Source of the DNA: an uncultured virus (IMG/VR IMGVR_UViG_2880350357_000003) | Lineage: Duplodnaviria > Heunggongvirae > Uroviricota > Caudoviricetes | IMG/VR virus record: IMGVR_UViG_2880350357_000003 | Location: 1-64,000 of that record | Reading direction: 5' to 3' (one strand) | Length of the DNA stretch: 64,000 nucleotides | Notes under the pieces: model-generated | Databases searched by the model: none | The model's input: only the letters and a program-made list of their open reading frames with translations | What the model was told of the DNA's origin: nothing | In this document: piece after piece, positions 9,595-19,259 of the stretch | How positions within the stretch are numbered: position 1 is the first letter of the stretch | How the letters are laid out: each line of letters opens with the position of its first letter | Made by a program: the position numbers and the translations under genes

Positions 9595-10495
9595 CAGAGC
9601 CCCCGATTACAAGGCTGTAGTCAGTACAAAAGGACGCCTGTGTGTTATCGAGAACAATATCCGCGACCGGTGCTGCCAGTTCCACCCGCTGAACACCCTC
9701 AACATGCAGGGCGGCATAAATCGCTGATTTACGGATATCGCGCCCGAGGCGGTGCTGGGCGCTGATATAGGCTTTCAGCTTTTCCTCAGCCGCCGCCCTG
9801 ATGGGTTCACTTTCCGGGCCGGGATAAAGATAAAGCGTGGCGTTAATCTGGTAGTTAACAATTTCGGCTGACTGTACCGTCACCCGGTCAGCGACCGGCC
9901 TGACATCTTCTGCGTTCAGGGCATTGCGCACAATTGCAAGTAGTTCCTCAGATGCGACGCCGTTGTTTTCACGAGACAACACGGAAATCGTCACACAGGC
10001 TGGCGACGGGCTGATAACTGAAATATCGCCGACGCGCCCGTCAGCACTACGACCATGATACTGGTACGACCCGACAGACCCCGCCACGCTCAGCCCCTCA
10101 AAAGCCTGCTGTATACGCAGACGATAATCGGCGTCGAGTTCCATTTCTGCCGGGGTGGGGGGAATGGTGGTGTCATCAGCAGGCGTGACAACAAGACGCT
10201 CAACACTGAAATTCGCCCCGATATTATCGAGGTCACTGTCTATGGCATAAGCCAGCATCACTGCGCGTGCAGCTTCATTGACACGCTGGCGCCAGATAAC
10301 CTCACGGTAGGCGTTTTCCTGCAGCAATTTAACAATTGGCTCAGACTCAAGTGCGAGCGTCCGGGCGACGGCTTCCTGCTGGTCTTCCGGATAGAGCGAA
10401 ATCAGCGTTGCAATGCGCTCCGCAAGGATAGTTTCATAGTCCAGTTCCTCGACCACATCAGGAACAGGTAGCAGACTCAGGTCAACAGTTGCCAT
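9587..10495 (-). CDS. J: Baseplate assembly protein gpJ
   Basis: VDLSLLPVPDVVEELDYETIL, FEGLSVAG, VRPVADRVTVQSA. Confidence 0.95.
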   Translation of the reverse strand: MATVDLSLLPVPDVVEELDYETILAERIATLISLYPEDQQEAVARTLALESEPIVKLLQENAYREVIWRQRVNEAARAVMLAYAIDSDLDNIGANFSVERLVVTPADDTTIPPTPAEMELDADYRLRIQQAFEGLSVAGSVGSYQYHGRSADGRVGDISVISPSPACVTISVLSRENNGVASEELLAIVRNALNAEDVRPVADRVTVQSAEIVNYQINATLYLYPGPESEPIRAAAEEKLKAYISAQHRLGRDIRKSAIYAALHVEGVQRVELAAPVADIVLDNTQASFCTDYSLVIGGSDE

Positions 10496-10501
10496 AGTGG
10501 T

Positions 10502-10849
10502 TTAACTCAGTGAAACAGTGGTTGAAACTGACGCACCGGTATCGGTACGCATCCCGGTAATATCGACATACATTTCGCCTGCGTCGCCGCGCTCAAAGTT
10601 GATGGAGGTAAGCCTGATGCGTGGCTCCCATTTCTGGATCGCGGAATAGCACGCCACCATGATTTGCAGCCTGAGCGCCGGGTTTTGCGGCATGTCAATC
10701 AGCGCAGACAGGAGCGAGCCATATTCACGACGCATTACCCGCGAGCCGACCGGCGTCAGCAGAATGTCGCGCATGCTCTGGCTGATATGCTCACTGTCAC
10801 TGATACCTATGCCGGTATTGCGGTTCATCCCCAGATAACGCGCTGTCAT
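10502..10849 (-). CDS. W: Baseplate protein gpW (gp25-like)
   Basis: DILLTPVGSRVMRREYGS, WEPRI. Confidence 0.95.
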   Translation of the reverse strand: MTARYLGMNRNTGIGISDSEHISQSMRDILLTPVGSRVMRREYGSLLSALIDMPQNPALRLQIMVACYSAIQKWEPRIRLTSINFERGDAGEMYVDITGMRTDTGASVSTTVSLS

Positions 10850-11487
10850 TTTGTGCCCTCCGTCCAGTTCCCGCCCCGTTGTACGCCGCCGTGACCGTGG
10901 TTATCGACCTGCACGCCGTTTGATTTCAACGTGCCACCGGTATGTTCGATGTTTCCCCGCATGGTGCCGCCTTTCTGCACTTCAAGCGTCGCCGTCGTCA
11001 GTTTGTTGGTGCATACCACCTCCGGGGTGTCGAGGGTGATACGTTCTGCCGCTTTTACCAGTACCACCGGCACGGTGGCGGTAATGGACTCCGATGCCGT
11101 CACATCGGCAGTCTTGATGCCGCTGACCGTCAGCGCACCGGTTTCCGGCTCATACTCCATAACAGCGCCGTCGGGGAACACCACATGCCACGCATCCTCC
11201 GAGGCTGACGGGGCAGGGTTATCGTCGGAGAAAATCCCCGGCAGCACGAAAGCAGTATCAAGCTCGCCACCAATTGCCAGCAGCAGCACCTGCTCACCGA
11301 CCGAGGGAGCCCACCATGTCCGCGAACGACCGGCGCGGGTGGTCAGCCAGTTCAGCCATGCAGTCTGGATCCCGCCGCTTTGTACGCGGCACAGCCCCTG
11401 CGCGGTATCGACCTCAGTCACCACACCTGAGCGGATGAGGTTACGAATCGCGCGCGCGAGCTCCTGTATTGTGGATAACGTATTCAT
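10846..11487 (-). CDS. V: Baseplate spike gpV
   Basis: WWAPSVGEQV, C-terminal HGHGGV. Confidence 0.95.
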   Translation of the reverse strand: MNTLSTIQELARAIRNLIRSGVVTEVDTAQGLCRVQSGGIQTAWLNWLTTRAGRSRTWWAPSVGEQVLLLAIGGELDTAFVLPGIFSDDNPAPSASEDAWHVVFPDGAVMEYEPETGALTVSGIKTADVTASESITATVPVVLVKAAERITLDTPEVVCTNKLTTATLEVQKGGTMRGNIEHTGGTLKSNGVQVDNHGHGGVQRGGNWTEGTK

Positions 11488-11555
11488 AGTGCAAGGATGC
11501 CTCTGGTCTGGAGTCGCGCCAATTCGCGCGGCTCCGGTGGTGGTTCACACAATAT

Positions 11556-12005
11556 TTATTTACCGAGATGCCTGATAATGATGTCTTCAATCATCTGCTC
11601 ATCGTCGCGGGTGAAACCGAGCAACGGGCGCGCCGCGTACTGCACATCCCGGCTGTGACGATTTGGCCGGTCTTTGAGGCCATACTGATGCACCCGCGCC
11701 ATGCGCTGTACCCTGCCGGTAAATTCCACCACCGCCGCACTGTCGCTGCCTTTGGCTTTCATAAAGCGGTTAGTGCGCAGTCTGGCGAACATTTCGCGCC
11801 TGATACGGCCTTTCTTGCTTCGCACCGACTGGCGCTTTCGGGCGGCATACGGGGTGCCGTCGGGTGCCTGCTGTCGCCTGATGCGCTGCTGCTGACTGGC
11901 GCGCAGTTTTTTTGCAATGTCAGCCGCCATTTGCCGACGCGCCGCCGGTGACAGGCTGGCAATCAGACCGGCGAGACGTTCCTGCAGCGCGGTTAACTCA
12001 CTCAT
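11556..12005 (-). CDS. S: Tail completion protein gpS
   Basis: QQAPDGTPYAARK, ARVHQYG, RPLLG. Confidence 0.93.
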   Translation of the reverse strand: MSELTALQERLAGLIASLSPAARRQMAADIAKKLRASQQQRIRRQQAPDGTPYAARKRQSVRSKKGRIRREMFARLRTNRFMKAKGSDSAAVVEFTGRVQRMARVHQYGLKDRPNRHSRDVQYAARPLLGFTRDDEQMIEDIIIRHLGK

Positions 12006-12465
12006 CCCACTTACTCACCAGCTCGCCGTTAACGTACAGCTCAACCGGGCGCGTCACTGGCTCAGGCAGCGGTGGCTCAGGGGCATATCTGACATGCAGT
12101 GCGCCGTCGACCTCTTTGACGAGCGTGCGCTCGGTGAGTCTCAGGCTGATACTGATATCGAGCGAATCGTCGTTATTGATATCAATCATCCATGTGAATC
12201 CTTTCTCCCGCCCGTCGTCGGTGGTCATAATGTCCGGCTGATGCTCACGCAGCCATGCCTGCACCGGCACAAATATCAAATCGAGGTCGCCGGTAAAGTC
12301 AGTCACCACCACGTTAAGCACGTACACCTTTTCAAACGACAGCGAGCTCTCCAGTCGGGAATCCGTATGCCCGTTATCAGCAAAAAGACGCAGCATATCG
12401 GGGTTATTTCTGAGCTGCGGCACGGCGTTAATCAACGCCTTGCGCAGGCTTTTGTGCTTCTGCAT
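11998..12465 (-). CDS. R: Tail completion protein gpR
   Basis: SLRKAL..AVP.L..NPDML, WLREHQPD, LTERTLV; start taken at MQKHK. Confidence 0.92.
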   Translation of the reverse strand: MQKHKSLRKALINAVPQLRNNPDMLRLFADNGHTDSRLESSLSFEKVYVLNVVVTDFTGDLDLIFVPVQAWLREHQPDIMTTDDGREKGFTWMIDINNDDSLDISISLRLTERTLVKEVDGALHVRYAPEPPLPEPVTRPVELYVNGELVSKWDE

Positions 12466-12721
12466 CGAGCTCATCCTGACAGTGTTTGACGGTTTTGACC
12501 TGCAGCGCGCAGGCGGTCAGCGCGCCCTCAAGACGGCGGATATCGGCGCTCAGGTCGCCATTGGTTTTCGGATCACTTCCCGGCATCGGGCAAAGGCTCA
12601 CCCTCGGGCATCCGTTGACCACAATCACCGGCGCTGGCGCAGGCGGGGCGGATGTGCAGCCTGCGCACAGCATCAGGGAGAGGAGCGTTATACCAGCGGC
12701 GAAAGGCTTCATTTTCATCAA
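12428..12721 (-). CDS. lysC: o-spanin lipoprotein LysC (Rz1-like)
   Basis: Lipobox LCAGC, Pro-rich, overlaps lysB. Confidence 0.85.
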   Translation of the reverse strand: MMKMKPFAAGITLLSLMLCAGCTSAPPAPAPVIVVNGCPRVSLCPMPGSDPKTNGDLSADIRRLEGALTACALQVKTVKHCQDELDAEAQKPAQGVD

Positions 12722-12986
12722 GTAACCTCGTTATCGTCTGCTCGCGGCGGTTCGCTTCTGCGCCTGCCTTTGCGAGTTGTTCGCGCAGTGCCACCTGCGC
12801 GGATTCATTACGTCTGGCAAGCTGGCCTGCAACACTGAGCTGATTTGTCAGCATGCCAATTGTCGTTTTCTGCTTACTGGCGACCCGGTTAGCCTTTTCA
12901 AATGACGTGCGCAGATTGCCGTTTTCGTGGCGCAACCAGAAAAGGCCAAGCACGGCAAGCACAAGCAGAGTTATCAGTGCTTTCAT
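12573..12986 (-). CDS. lysB: i-spanin LysB (Rz-like)
   Basis: N-terminal TM (MKALITLLVLAVLGLFWL), coiled coil, W...PLPDAVRRL. Confidence 0.88.
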   Translation of the reverse strand: MKALITLLVLAVLGLFWLRHENGNLRTSFEKANRVASKQKTTIGMLTNQLSVAGQLARRNESAQVALREQLAKAGAEANRREQTITRLLDENEAFRRWYNAPLPDAVRRLHIRPACASAGDCGQRMPEGEPLPDAGK

Positions 12987-13480
12987 GCCATCACCCCGCC
13001 AGCCGTGCACCAGACAGTGACCAGCTTTTCGAGACTGTGCTCGCGCTGGCCGTAACCGGCGCCCGGCAATGACGCCCAGATATTCCGGCAACGGGAAACA
13101 GCACGCTCAATACGCCCCGCCCGGATATCGTCAATAGCACCGCGCTCCCGGATTAACTGGATCGCGAGCTTGTCCTGCGACAGTGGGCTGAAATCAGGCA
13201 ATGCGAGCTGTTTTTTATAGTGCGGCCAGAACATATAAAGCTGCTGGTAACGTCCCGATGCCGTGGATTTCTCGCCACGGCGATTAAACACTTTCGGTGG
13301 TCGGCCATGTGCGAAAGGGTGGTCGCTGTAATCGGTGAAAATCTCTGGCCTGCCATCAAGGCCGGTAACAATGACGTCGTAGCCACGGTTTTTCGTCAGC
13401 GGATGGTTCGCCGTTCCTTCGGAATACGCCAGCATGTCCAGAAAGGCGGCGATATTCTGGTGAGTATTAATGACCGGCAT
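12983..13480 (-). CDS. Endolysin, lambda-R-like transglycosylase
   Basis: AFLDMLAYSEG, STASGRYQ, DFSPLSQD, WASLPGAGYGQ. Confidence 0.93.
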   Translation of the reverse strand: MPVINTHQNIAAFLDMLAYSEGTANHPLTKNRGYDVIVTGLDGRPEIFTDYSDHPFAHGRPPKVFNRRGEKSTASGRYQQLYMFWPHYKKQLALPDFSPLSQDKLAIQLIRERGAIDDIRAGRIERAVSRCRNIWASLPGAGYGQREHSLEKLVTVWCTAGGVMA

Positions 13481-13763
13481 CGCCTTCCCCCTTCTGTGAC
13501 TTAAAGCGGCGCTGAATGGCGATTTCCACCACCTGATAACCGGCAATACCGAGCATGGATCCAATACCGCACACGGCGGGCAGTGACATATCAGGAAACT
13601 GCACCAGAACAACACCGGCGACCATTGAGACAAAACCGCCGAGCAGCATGCGCCCGACAAACAGGCGCGGGGTGATGGGCTCACCACCTGCCAGCACTTT
13701 TCCGACAACAATCATCACGCCAATCACAAACAGTGACAGGACGCCTTTTTCCCCTTCTGTCAT
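13467..13763 (-). CDS. Holin
   Basis: 98 aa, three hydrophobic segments, EPITPRL; directly upstream of endolysin. Confidence 0.88.
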   Translation of the reverse strand: MTEGEKGVLSLFVIGVMIVVGKVLAGGEPITPRLFVGRMLLGGFVSMVAGVVLVQFPDMSLPAVCGIGSMLGIAGYQVVEIAIQRRFKSQKGEGDAGH

Positions 13764-13766
13764 GGT

Positions 13767-13970
13767 TTACTCCCAAAGATTGATAGTTTCAGTTACGGGT
13801 GAAGACGGCACATCCGGCAGCTCAATTGCCGTGCCATGCGGCAGAATGACGCCCAGCTCAGACAGGCCGGGATTAGCCTGCAGTACCGTTTCAACAACGC
13901 CCTCAGTGCGCCCGTAATACCGGGCGCAAATCGCATCGAGGGTGTCGCCCTGCATCGACCTGACCTTCAT
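13767..13970 (-). CDS. X: Tail protein gpX (LysM-like)
   Basis: QGDTLDAICARYYGRT..V..ANPGL; start MKVRS. Confidence 0.92.
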   Translation of the reverse strand: MKVRSMQGDTLDAICARYYGRTEGVVETVLQANPGLSELGVILPHGTAIELPDVPSSPVTETINLWE

Positions 13971-14476
13971 CAGAGCTGGCCCACTATGCAGCGCGGTTTG
14001 TCCTGCAGACGCGCGACCGACCAGCGCATATCCCGCCACAGGTCATCAATGGTGGTTTCCACACTGTCGGCTTTTTTGTCACCCTTGCCGGTGGCTTCAA
14101 CACCGCGATAGCGCTCATACAGGGTGGCGGTTGCCATCGCCGTTACGGCGCTCAGATAGTGGAAAATACGCACATTCTCGCCGTCGATTTCCTCAGCAGG
14201 CACGTCGGCCAGATGCTTAAACCCGGCGGCAGTCTGGCGCAGCCGGTAGTCGTAAAGCTCCGCATTGGTTTCCGCCATGCCGGTTCTGATGGCATGGCGC
14301 AGGCGCGCATCGGAAACCGTCTGCTCAAGCCGCATCAGCTCGCGCACGCGCTTCGGATCCACATCAGGGAAAAAGAACGTGTTTTTAATTACTGCGTCGC
14401 CCGTCTCCGGTACGGGAATCACCACGCCCGGTACGTCCTGCGGTTCGTCGGGCTGGTTCAGAATCACTGTCGTCAT
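13970..14476 (-). CDS. L: Head completion protein gpL
   Basis: IKNTFFFPD, RLRHAI, LWRDMRWSV. Confidence 0.9.
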   Translation of the reverse strand: MTTVILNQPDEPQDVPGVVIPVPETGDAVIKNTFFFPDVDPKRVRELMRLEQTVSDARLRHAIRTGMAETNAELYDYRLRQTAAGFKHLADVPAEEIDGENVRIFHYLSAVTAMATATLYERYRGVEATGKGDKKADSVETTIDDLWRDMRWSVARLQDKPRCIVGQL

Positions 14477-14569
14477 GACAACCTCATCAGGTTGGGCGGT
14501 GGACGCCGGTCGCCGTCAGGGTCAAAACCCGCTTTGACCGGCGTGCCGCCCGGCTCGGGGAGCGTTCAG

Positions 14570-15319
14570 TTAACCGGCGGTTTTTACCGCCTTTGGTGGA
14601 CGCCCGCGCTTTGCTGCCGGTCTGGCGGCAGGTTTGCGCGTGCGCGGTTTAGTCGTTTTACGGGGTGCGGCCTCTGGCTTTGGCTTCAATGCCCGTTCCA
14701 GTCGCTCAATCTCCTTGCGCACACCGGCATTGCGGTCGAGCTGCATCGCGCGCTGAAACTGCGCCAGCGCCTCTGCATTCATACCGGCATCACGCAGGGT
14801 CAGGCCTGTCACCTTATGCAGACGGGCGCGCACCATATCGGGGACGTCAGCGCCGTCGGTCAGGTCGATAGTGGTCTGCAGCCAGGAAAGGTCGACAGAA
14901 TCACCGGCATCGCGCAGGCGCTGAGCAGCAAGCGCCACTTCCTCAACCAGCATGTAAGGTGTTGTGCGGCGATGGTCAGAGGTGAGGCCGTATTTCAGCG
15001 CGTAGGGGGCAATTTCCAGCGCGCCAGCGATATCACCGGCATCGAGACGCCACAGCATGACGGTCATAACAATGTCATCCTGCGCACCACGACCATCAGC
15101 CAGCACACCGGCGACCCACGGCGCATAGAACGGCAGCAGTTCGCGCTTTTTCTCAGCTTTACGTTCGTTTGAACGGATGTTTTTTAACGTGCGGCGGTCA
15201 TCGGCCAGCTTAACCAGCATCTGCTCATAGGCGGTTGCATTGCGCAGCGGGGCTTGCTCCCGCTGCGCGGCTTGAGAGGCCGAGACCCGCATCATGTGAC
15301 GCTGTGCGGGGCTCGTCAT
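14570..15319 (-). CDS. M: Terminase small subunit gpM
   Basis: MTSPAQRH, QDDIVMTVMLWRLDAGD, GVRKEIERLER. Confidence 0.93.
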   Translation of the reverse strand: MTSPAQRHMMRVSASQAAQREQAPLRNATAYEQMLVKLADDRRTLKNIRSNERKAEKKRELLPFYAPWVAGVLADGRGAQDDIVMTVMLWRLDAGDIAGALEIAPYALKYGLTSDHRRTTPYMLVEEVALAAQRLRDAGDSVDLSWLQTTIDLTDGADVPDMVRARLHKVTGLTLRDAGMNAEALAQFQRAMQLDRNAGVRKEIERLERALKPKPEAAPRKTTKPRTRKPAARPAAKRGRPPKAVKTAG

Positions 15320-15322
15320 GGT

Positions 15323-16390
15323 TTAGGCTCCGCTTTCCGGTGCTGCAGGTGCGGTGAAATCGCCCAAGGTGATATTTTCCAGCAGGCACCCGGCAGCATA
15401 CGCCTCGACCACATAGTCGATATTCATCGACTCATAGTTTTCCACGCGGTCTTTTTTCGGGTTTTCATCAATGCTGCGGCGGTGGCTCTCATCCATGAAA
15501 TAGATAGAGAGGTTTTCCAGCGTGGTCACTAACACGGCATTCGCCGGGAAGTACGGTACACGCACAGCAGGCAGGTTGCCGATTCGCTTCTGGCTGATGA
15601 TGATATCTGCCGCAAGCGCCTCGCTGTTTTCCTGCGGCTTGTTCACCAGCGGGAAATATTTGTCGGCCAGCAGCTTACGACCAACGATGGCAACGAGTTT
15701 CGGGTCATCCTGATAAACCTCGTCAATCAGGTTGTTGGTCGCATCCATCACCAGCGCGTCGAGGTTCTCATAGTCGCCGTTTCGACCGACGCGAATCACT
15801 GCCGAAACGACCTTACCGTCAGCATCGGTGATATTGCTCATCACACGCGTCGGGGCTTCATTGCGGTATTTCTGCAGCCAGCCGACGGCCACATCCTGCA
15901 GCATCGGATTTTTGGTGCGGTCAGAGGTGGCGGCGCGGGTGGTACCGTTAAAACCGGCCATGATGAAATCGAGCGCCTGACGCTTGACAATGGCGTCGCG
16001 GATGCGGCGCTGGAAGTCCTGAAAGCGCGCCCACAGGTCGAGGGTTTTATATTTCAGGTGGAAGTCAAAATTAATCTGGTCGCACTCGTACTTGTTGGAC
16101 TCAAGCGCGGTGAAATCCGCGGTCTTACGCTCATCATCGCCCGAGGTGTCGGTCGTACTGGCGATAGTACCGGTCACACCGACGCCGATTTTCTCACCCT
16201 TCATTTCTGCGACCGGCAGAATGTTAATCGTTTTCAGAAACGCGGATGACGCCTGCACGGTGTTCATCAGCGTCTGTGTGACCGACGGTTCGACGGTAAA
16301 TTTTTTGCTGACGTCATCAGTACTGATGTTGTTCAGTTCAGCGACGCGGGTCAGATAGGCATTGAACTTAAAACGGGTTTCCGGGCGCAT
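15323..16390 (-). CDS. N: Major capsid protein gpN
   Basis: MRPETRFKFNAYL, KFTVEPSVTQTL, NPMLQDVAVGWLQK. Confidence 0.96.
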   Translation of the reverse strand: MRPETRFKFNAYLTRVAELNNISTDDVSKKFTVEPSVTQTLMNTVQASSAFLKTINILPVAEMKGEKIGVGVTGTIASTTDTSGDDERKTADFTALESNKYECDQINFDFHLKYKTLDLWARFQDFQRRIRDAIVKRQALDFIMAGFNGTTRAATSDRTKNPMLQDVAVGWLQKYRNEAPTRVMSNITDADGKVVSAVIRVGRNGDYENLDALVMDATNNLIDEVYQDDPKLVAIVGRKLLADKYFPLVNKPQENSEALAADIIISQKRIGNLPAVRVPYFPANAVLVTTLENLSIYFMDESHRRSIDENPKKDRVENYESMNIDYVVEAYAAGCLLENITLGDFTAPAAPESGA

Positions 16391-16466
16391 AGTCTTTCCT
16401 GTTTGAATTAATCGGTTAGTCACTACTTCGGGCGGCGTTACCGCCCGGTTTCTGGTCTGCGACTTA

Positions 16467-17321
16467 TCAGCAGTCGGTCAGCAGCTCATCGCCACCACCG
16501 CCGCTGGCTTTCGTGCGTCGTGGCTGGCTGAAACTTTCGGTTTTGTCGAGGGTGGTTTTCAGGGCGGAAAATGCCTGGCTGGTTTCTTCAACCTTGCCGG
16601 TCAGCTCCTGTTTAAAGGTGGCTAGCGCGGTTTCCATATCGGAAAGACGCTTATCCTGCGCAGTGAGGCTGGTCTGCACATGTTCGCTGACGGTGGTCAC
16701 CGCCTCATGCACATCATTCAGGCGCGCATCGTCGCTGACCTGTTTACGGCTGAAAATGGCTTTCACCTTGTCGGCCAGGCTGTTGAGCACCGTGTCGGGA
16801 ACGTCTTCAAATTCCAGTTCGGCCAGCGTGGCGACTGAAAAGACATTTTCAGGACTGGCCTTAAAGCGCTGTAGCGGGTTGTGCTTCGCCTTGCGGCAGA
16901 ATTCGAGGTATTCAGTACCGAGGCTCGCAGGGTCATCAGTGACCGCAAGGCCGACAAGATAGCATTTGCCGCTGTTACCAAAATTCGGCTGAATTTCCAT
17001 AGAGGTATAGACCTTCTGCGCGGCTTTATTCATCGCGATAAGGTCATCGGTCGGGGTGATTCTGGCGAACAACGCCCATTTGCCATTCAGCGCAGAATCG
17101 TCGTCAATCTTTTCGGCTTTCAGCTCAACCACATCGCCATAACGTTTAAACATGCCGTCGGGCAAAAGGCCGCGAATGTGTTCAAGGTTGATACGGCAAC
17201 CGTAGACGCGCGGGTCATAGGTTTCGGCCATTTCCTGAATATCGCTGGCGCTGATAATGCGCCCGTCGCAGGTATCACCCTCGACGCCGATACGAAAGAA
17301 TTTTGAGACTTTTTTTGCCAT
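16467..17321 (-). CDS. O: Capsid scaffolding/protease gpO
   Basis: FFRIGVEGDTCDGR, YLVGLAVTDDPASLGTE. Confidence 0.95.
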   Translation of the reverse strand: MAKKVSKFFRIGVEGDTCDGRIISASDIQEMAETYDPRVYGCRINLEHIRGLLPDGMFKRYGDVVELKAEKIDDDSALNGKWALFARITPTDDLIAMNKAAQKVYTSMEIQPNFGNSGKCYLVGLAVTDDPASLGTEYLEFCRKAKHNPLQRFKASPENVFSVATLAELEFEDVPDTVLNSLADKVKAIFSRKQVSDDARLNDVHEAVTTVSEHVQTSLTAQDKRLSDMETALATFKQELTGKVEETSQAFSALKTTLDKTESFSQPRRTKASGGGGDELLTDC

Positions 17322-17486
17322 TGTCAGGAGTCCTGAGGTTGGGGTTACGGGTCAACGCCAGTTTCCAGTCTCAGGACGCGCCAGACCACCAATGACGACT
17401 GGATAACCTCCCACACAACAGCACATTAGCGAATCACTGACGGCCATTAAGTAGCCTTGCACTGAATCCACTACGGCGAGGCATCA
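17322..17486. promoter_or_regulatory. Divergent late promoters pO/pP
   Basis: Divergent O/P intergenic region; TGG-N12-ACA Ogr-like box near 17400-17417. Confidence 0.55.
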
Positions 17487-19259
17487 ATGACCATTTCCAC
17501 CGATACAACCTTATTGCATGACCCGCGACGACAGGCATCGCTGCTTTACTGGCAGGGCTTTTCCGTGCCACAGATTGCCGAAATGCTGCAGGTCAAGCGC
17601 CCGACCGTGCAGAGCTGGAAACAGCGCGACGGCTGGGACGGCATCGCGCCGATTTCCCGTGTCGAAAGCAGCCTTGAGGCCAGGCTGATTCAGCTCATCG
17701 CCAAGCCGCAAAAGTCAGGCGGCGACTTCAAAGAGATTGACCTGCTCGGGCGGCAGATTGAGCGACTGGCGCGCGTCAACCGCTACAGCCAGACCGGCAA
17801 CGAGGCCGACCTTAACCCCAACGTTGCCAACCGTAACAAGGGGGAGCGTAAGAGGCCGAAAAAGAACTTTTTCAGCGATGAGGCTGTCGCAAAGCTGGAA
17901 GAAATTTTCTTCGACCAGTCTTTCGAATACCAGTTGCAGTGGTACCGGGCAGGACTGGCGCACCGTATTCGCAACATTCTCAAATCCCGCCAGATTGGCG
18001 CGACATTCTACTTTGCGCGTGAGGCGCTGCTACGTGCGCTCAAGACCGGCCACAATCAGATATTTTTATCAGCCAGTAAAACGCAGGCTTACGTGTTCCG
18101 CGAATACATCATCCAGTTTGCGCGACTGGTTGACGTCGACCTGACTGGCGACCCGATTGTCATCGGCAACAACGGCGCAAAGCTGATTTTTCTCGGCACC
18201 AATTCCAACACCGCGCAGAGCCATAACGGCGACCTGTATGTCGATGAAATATTCTGGATCCCGAATTTTCAGAAGCTGCGCAAAGTCGCATCGGGCATGG
18301 CCTCGCAAAAGCATCTGCGCTCAACTTACTTTTCGACACCTTCCACGCTGGCGCACGGCGCTTACCCCTTCTGGTCTGGCGAGCTGTTCAACAAGGGGCG
18401 CGCCAGTGCCGCTGACCGCATCGAAATCGACATCAGTCACAGCGCGCTCGCCGGTGGGCTTCTTTGCGCTGACGGACAGTGGCGGCAGATTGTCACTATT
18501 GAGGACGCCCTTGCCGGTGGCTGCACCCTGTTCGACCTCGACCAGCTCAGACGCGAAAACAGTGATGAGGACTTTAATAACCTGTTTATGTGCGAGTTTG
18601 TCGACGATAAGGCATCGGTATTCCCGTTCGAGGAGCTGCAGCGCTGCATGGTCGACGTGATGGAAACATGGGAGGACTTCGCCCCGTTCGCCGACCACCC
18701 GTTCGGCTCGCGCCCGGTCTGGATTGGCTACGACCCGTCCCACACCGGCGACAGTGCCGGATGTGTCGTACTCGCGCCGCCGGTGGTTTCGGGTGGCAAG
18801 TTTCGCATGCTGGAGCGTCACCAGTGGAAAGGCATGGACTTTGCCGCGCAGGCAGAAGGCATCCGCAGGCTCACTGAGAAATACAACGTCGAATACATCG
18901 GCATTGACGCGACCGGCCTCGGTCTCGGCGTATTCCAGTTGGTGCGCTCATTCTACCCGGCGGCTCGCGGTATCCGTTACACGCCAGAAATGAAAACCGC
19001 AATGGTGCTCAAGGCGAAAGACACGATTCGCCGTGGCTGTCTGGAGTACGACGCCGGTGCAACTGATGTCACACAGTCGTTTATGTCCATCCGCAAAACC
19101 ATGACCAGCAGCGGGCGCAGCGCCACCTATGAGGCCAGCCGCACCGAGGAAGCCAGTCACGCTGATATCGCATGGGCCACCATGCACGCTCTGTTAAACG
19201 AACCGCTTTCTGCCGGTAGCGGCATGCAGCCTAAATCCATTCTGGAGATTAACCAATGA
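17487..19259 (+). CDS. P: Terminase large (ATPase/nuclease) subunit gpP
   Basis: N-terminal HTH, LKSRQIGAT Walker A, LYVDE Walker B, IGYDP and HADIAWA nuclease motifs. Confidence 0.96.
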   Translation: MTISTDTTLLHDPRRQASLLYWQGFSVPQIAEMLQVKRPTVQSWKQRDGWDGIAPISRVESSLEARLIQLIAKPQKSGGDFKEIDLLGRQIERLARVNRYSQTGNEADLNPNVANRNKGERKRPKKNFFSDEAVAKLEEIFFDQSFEYQLQWYRAGLAHRIRNILKSRQIGATFYFAREALLRALKTGHNQIFLSASKTQAYVFREYIIQFARLVDVDLTGDPIVIGNNGAKLIFLGTNSNTAQSHNGDLYVDEIFWIPNFQKLRKVASGMASQKHLRSTYFSTPSTLAHGAYPFWSGELFNKGRASAADRIEIDISHSALAGGLLCADGQWRQIVTIEDALAGGCTLFDLDQLRRENSDEDFNNLFMCEFVDDKASVFPFEELQRCMVDVMETWEDFAPFADHPFGSRPVWIGYDPSHTGDSAGCVVLAPPVVSGGKFRMLERHQWKGMDFAAQAEGIRRLTEKYNVEYIGIDATGLGLGVFQLVRSFYPAARGIRYTPEMKTAMVLKAKDTIRRGCLEYDAGATDVTQSFMSIRKTMTSSGRSATYEASRTEEASHADIAWATMHALLNEPLSAGSGMQPKSILEINQ

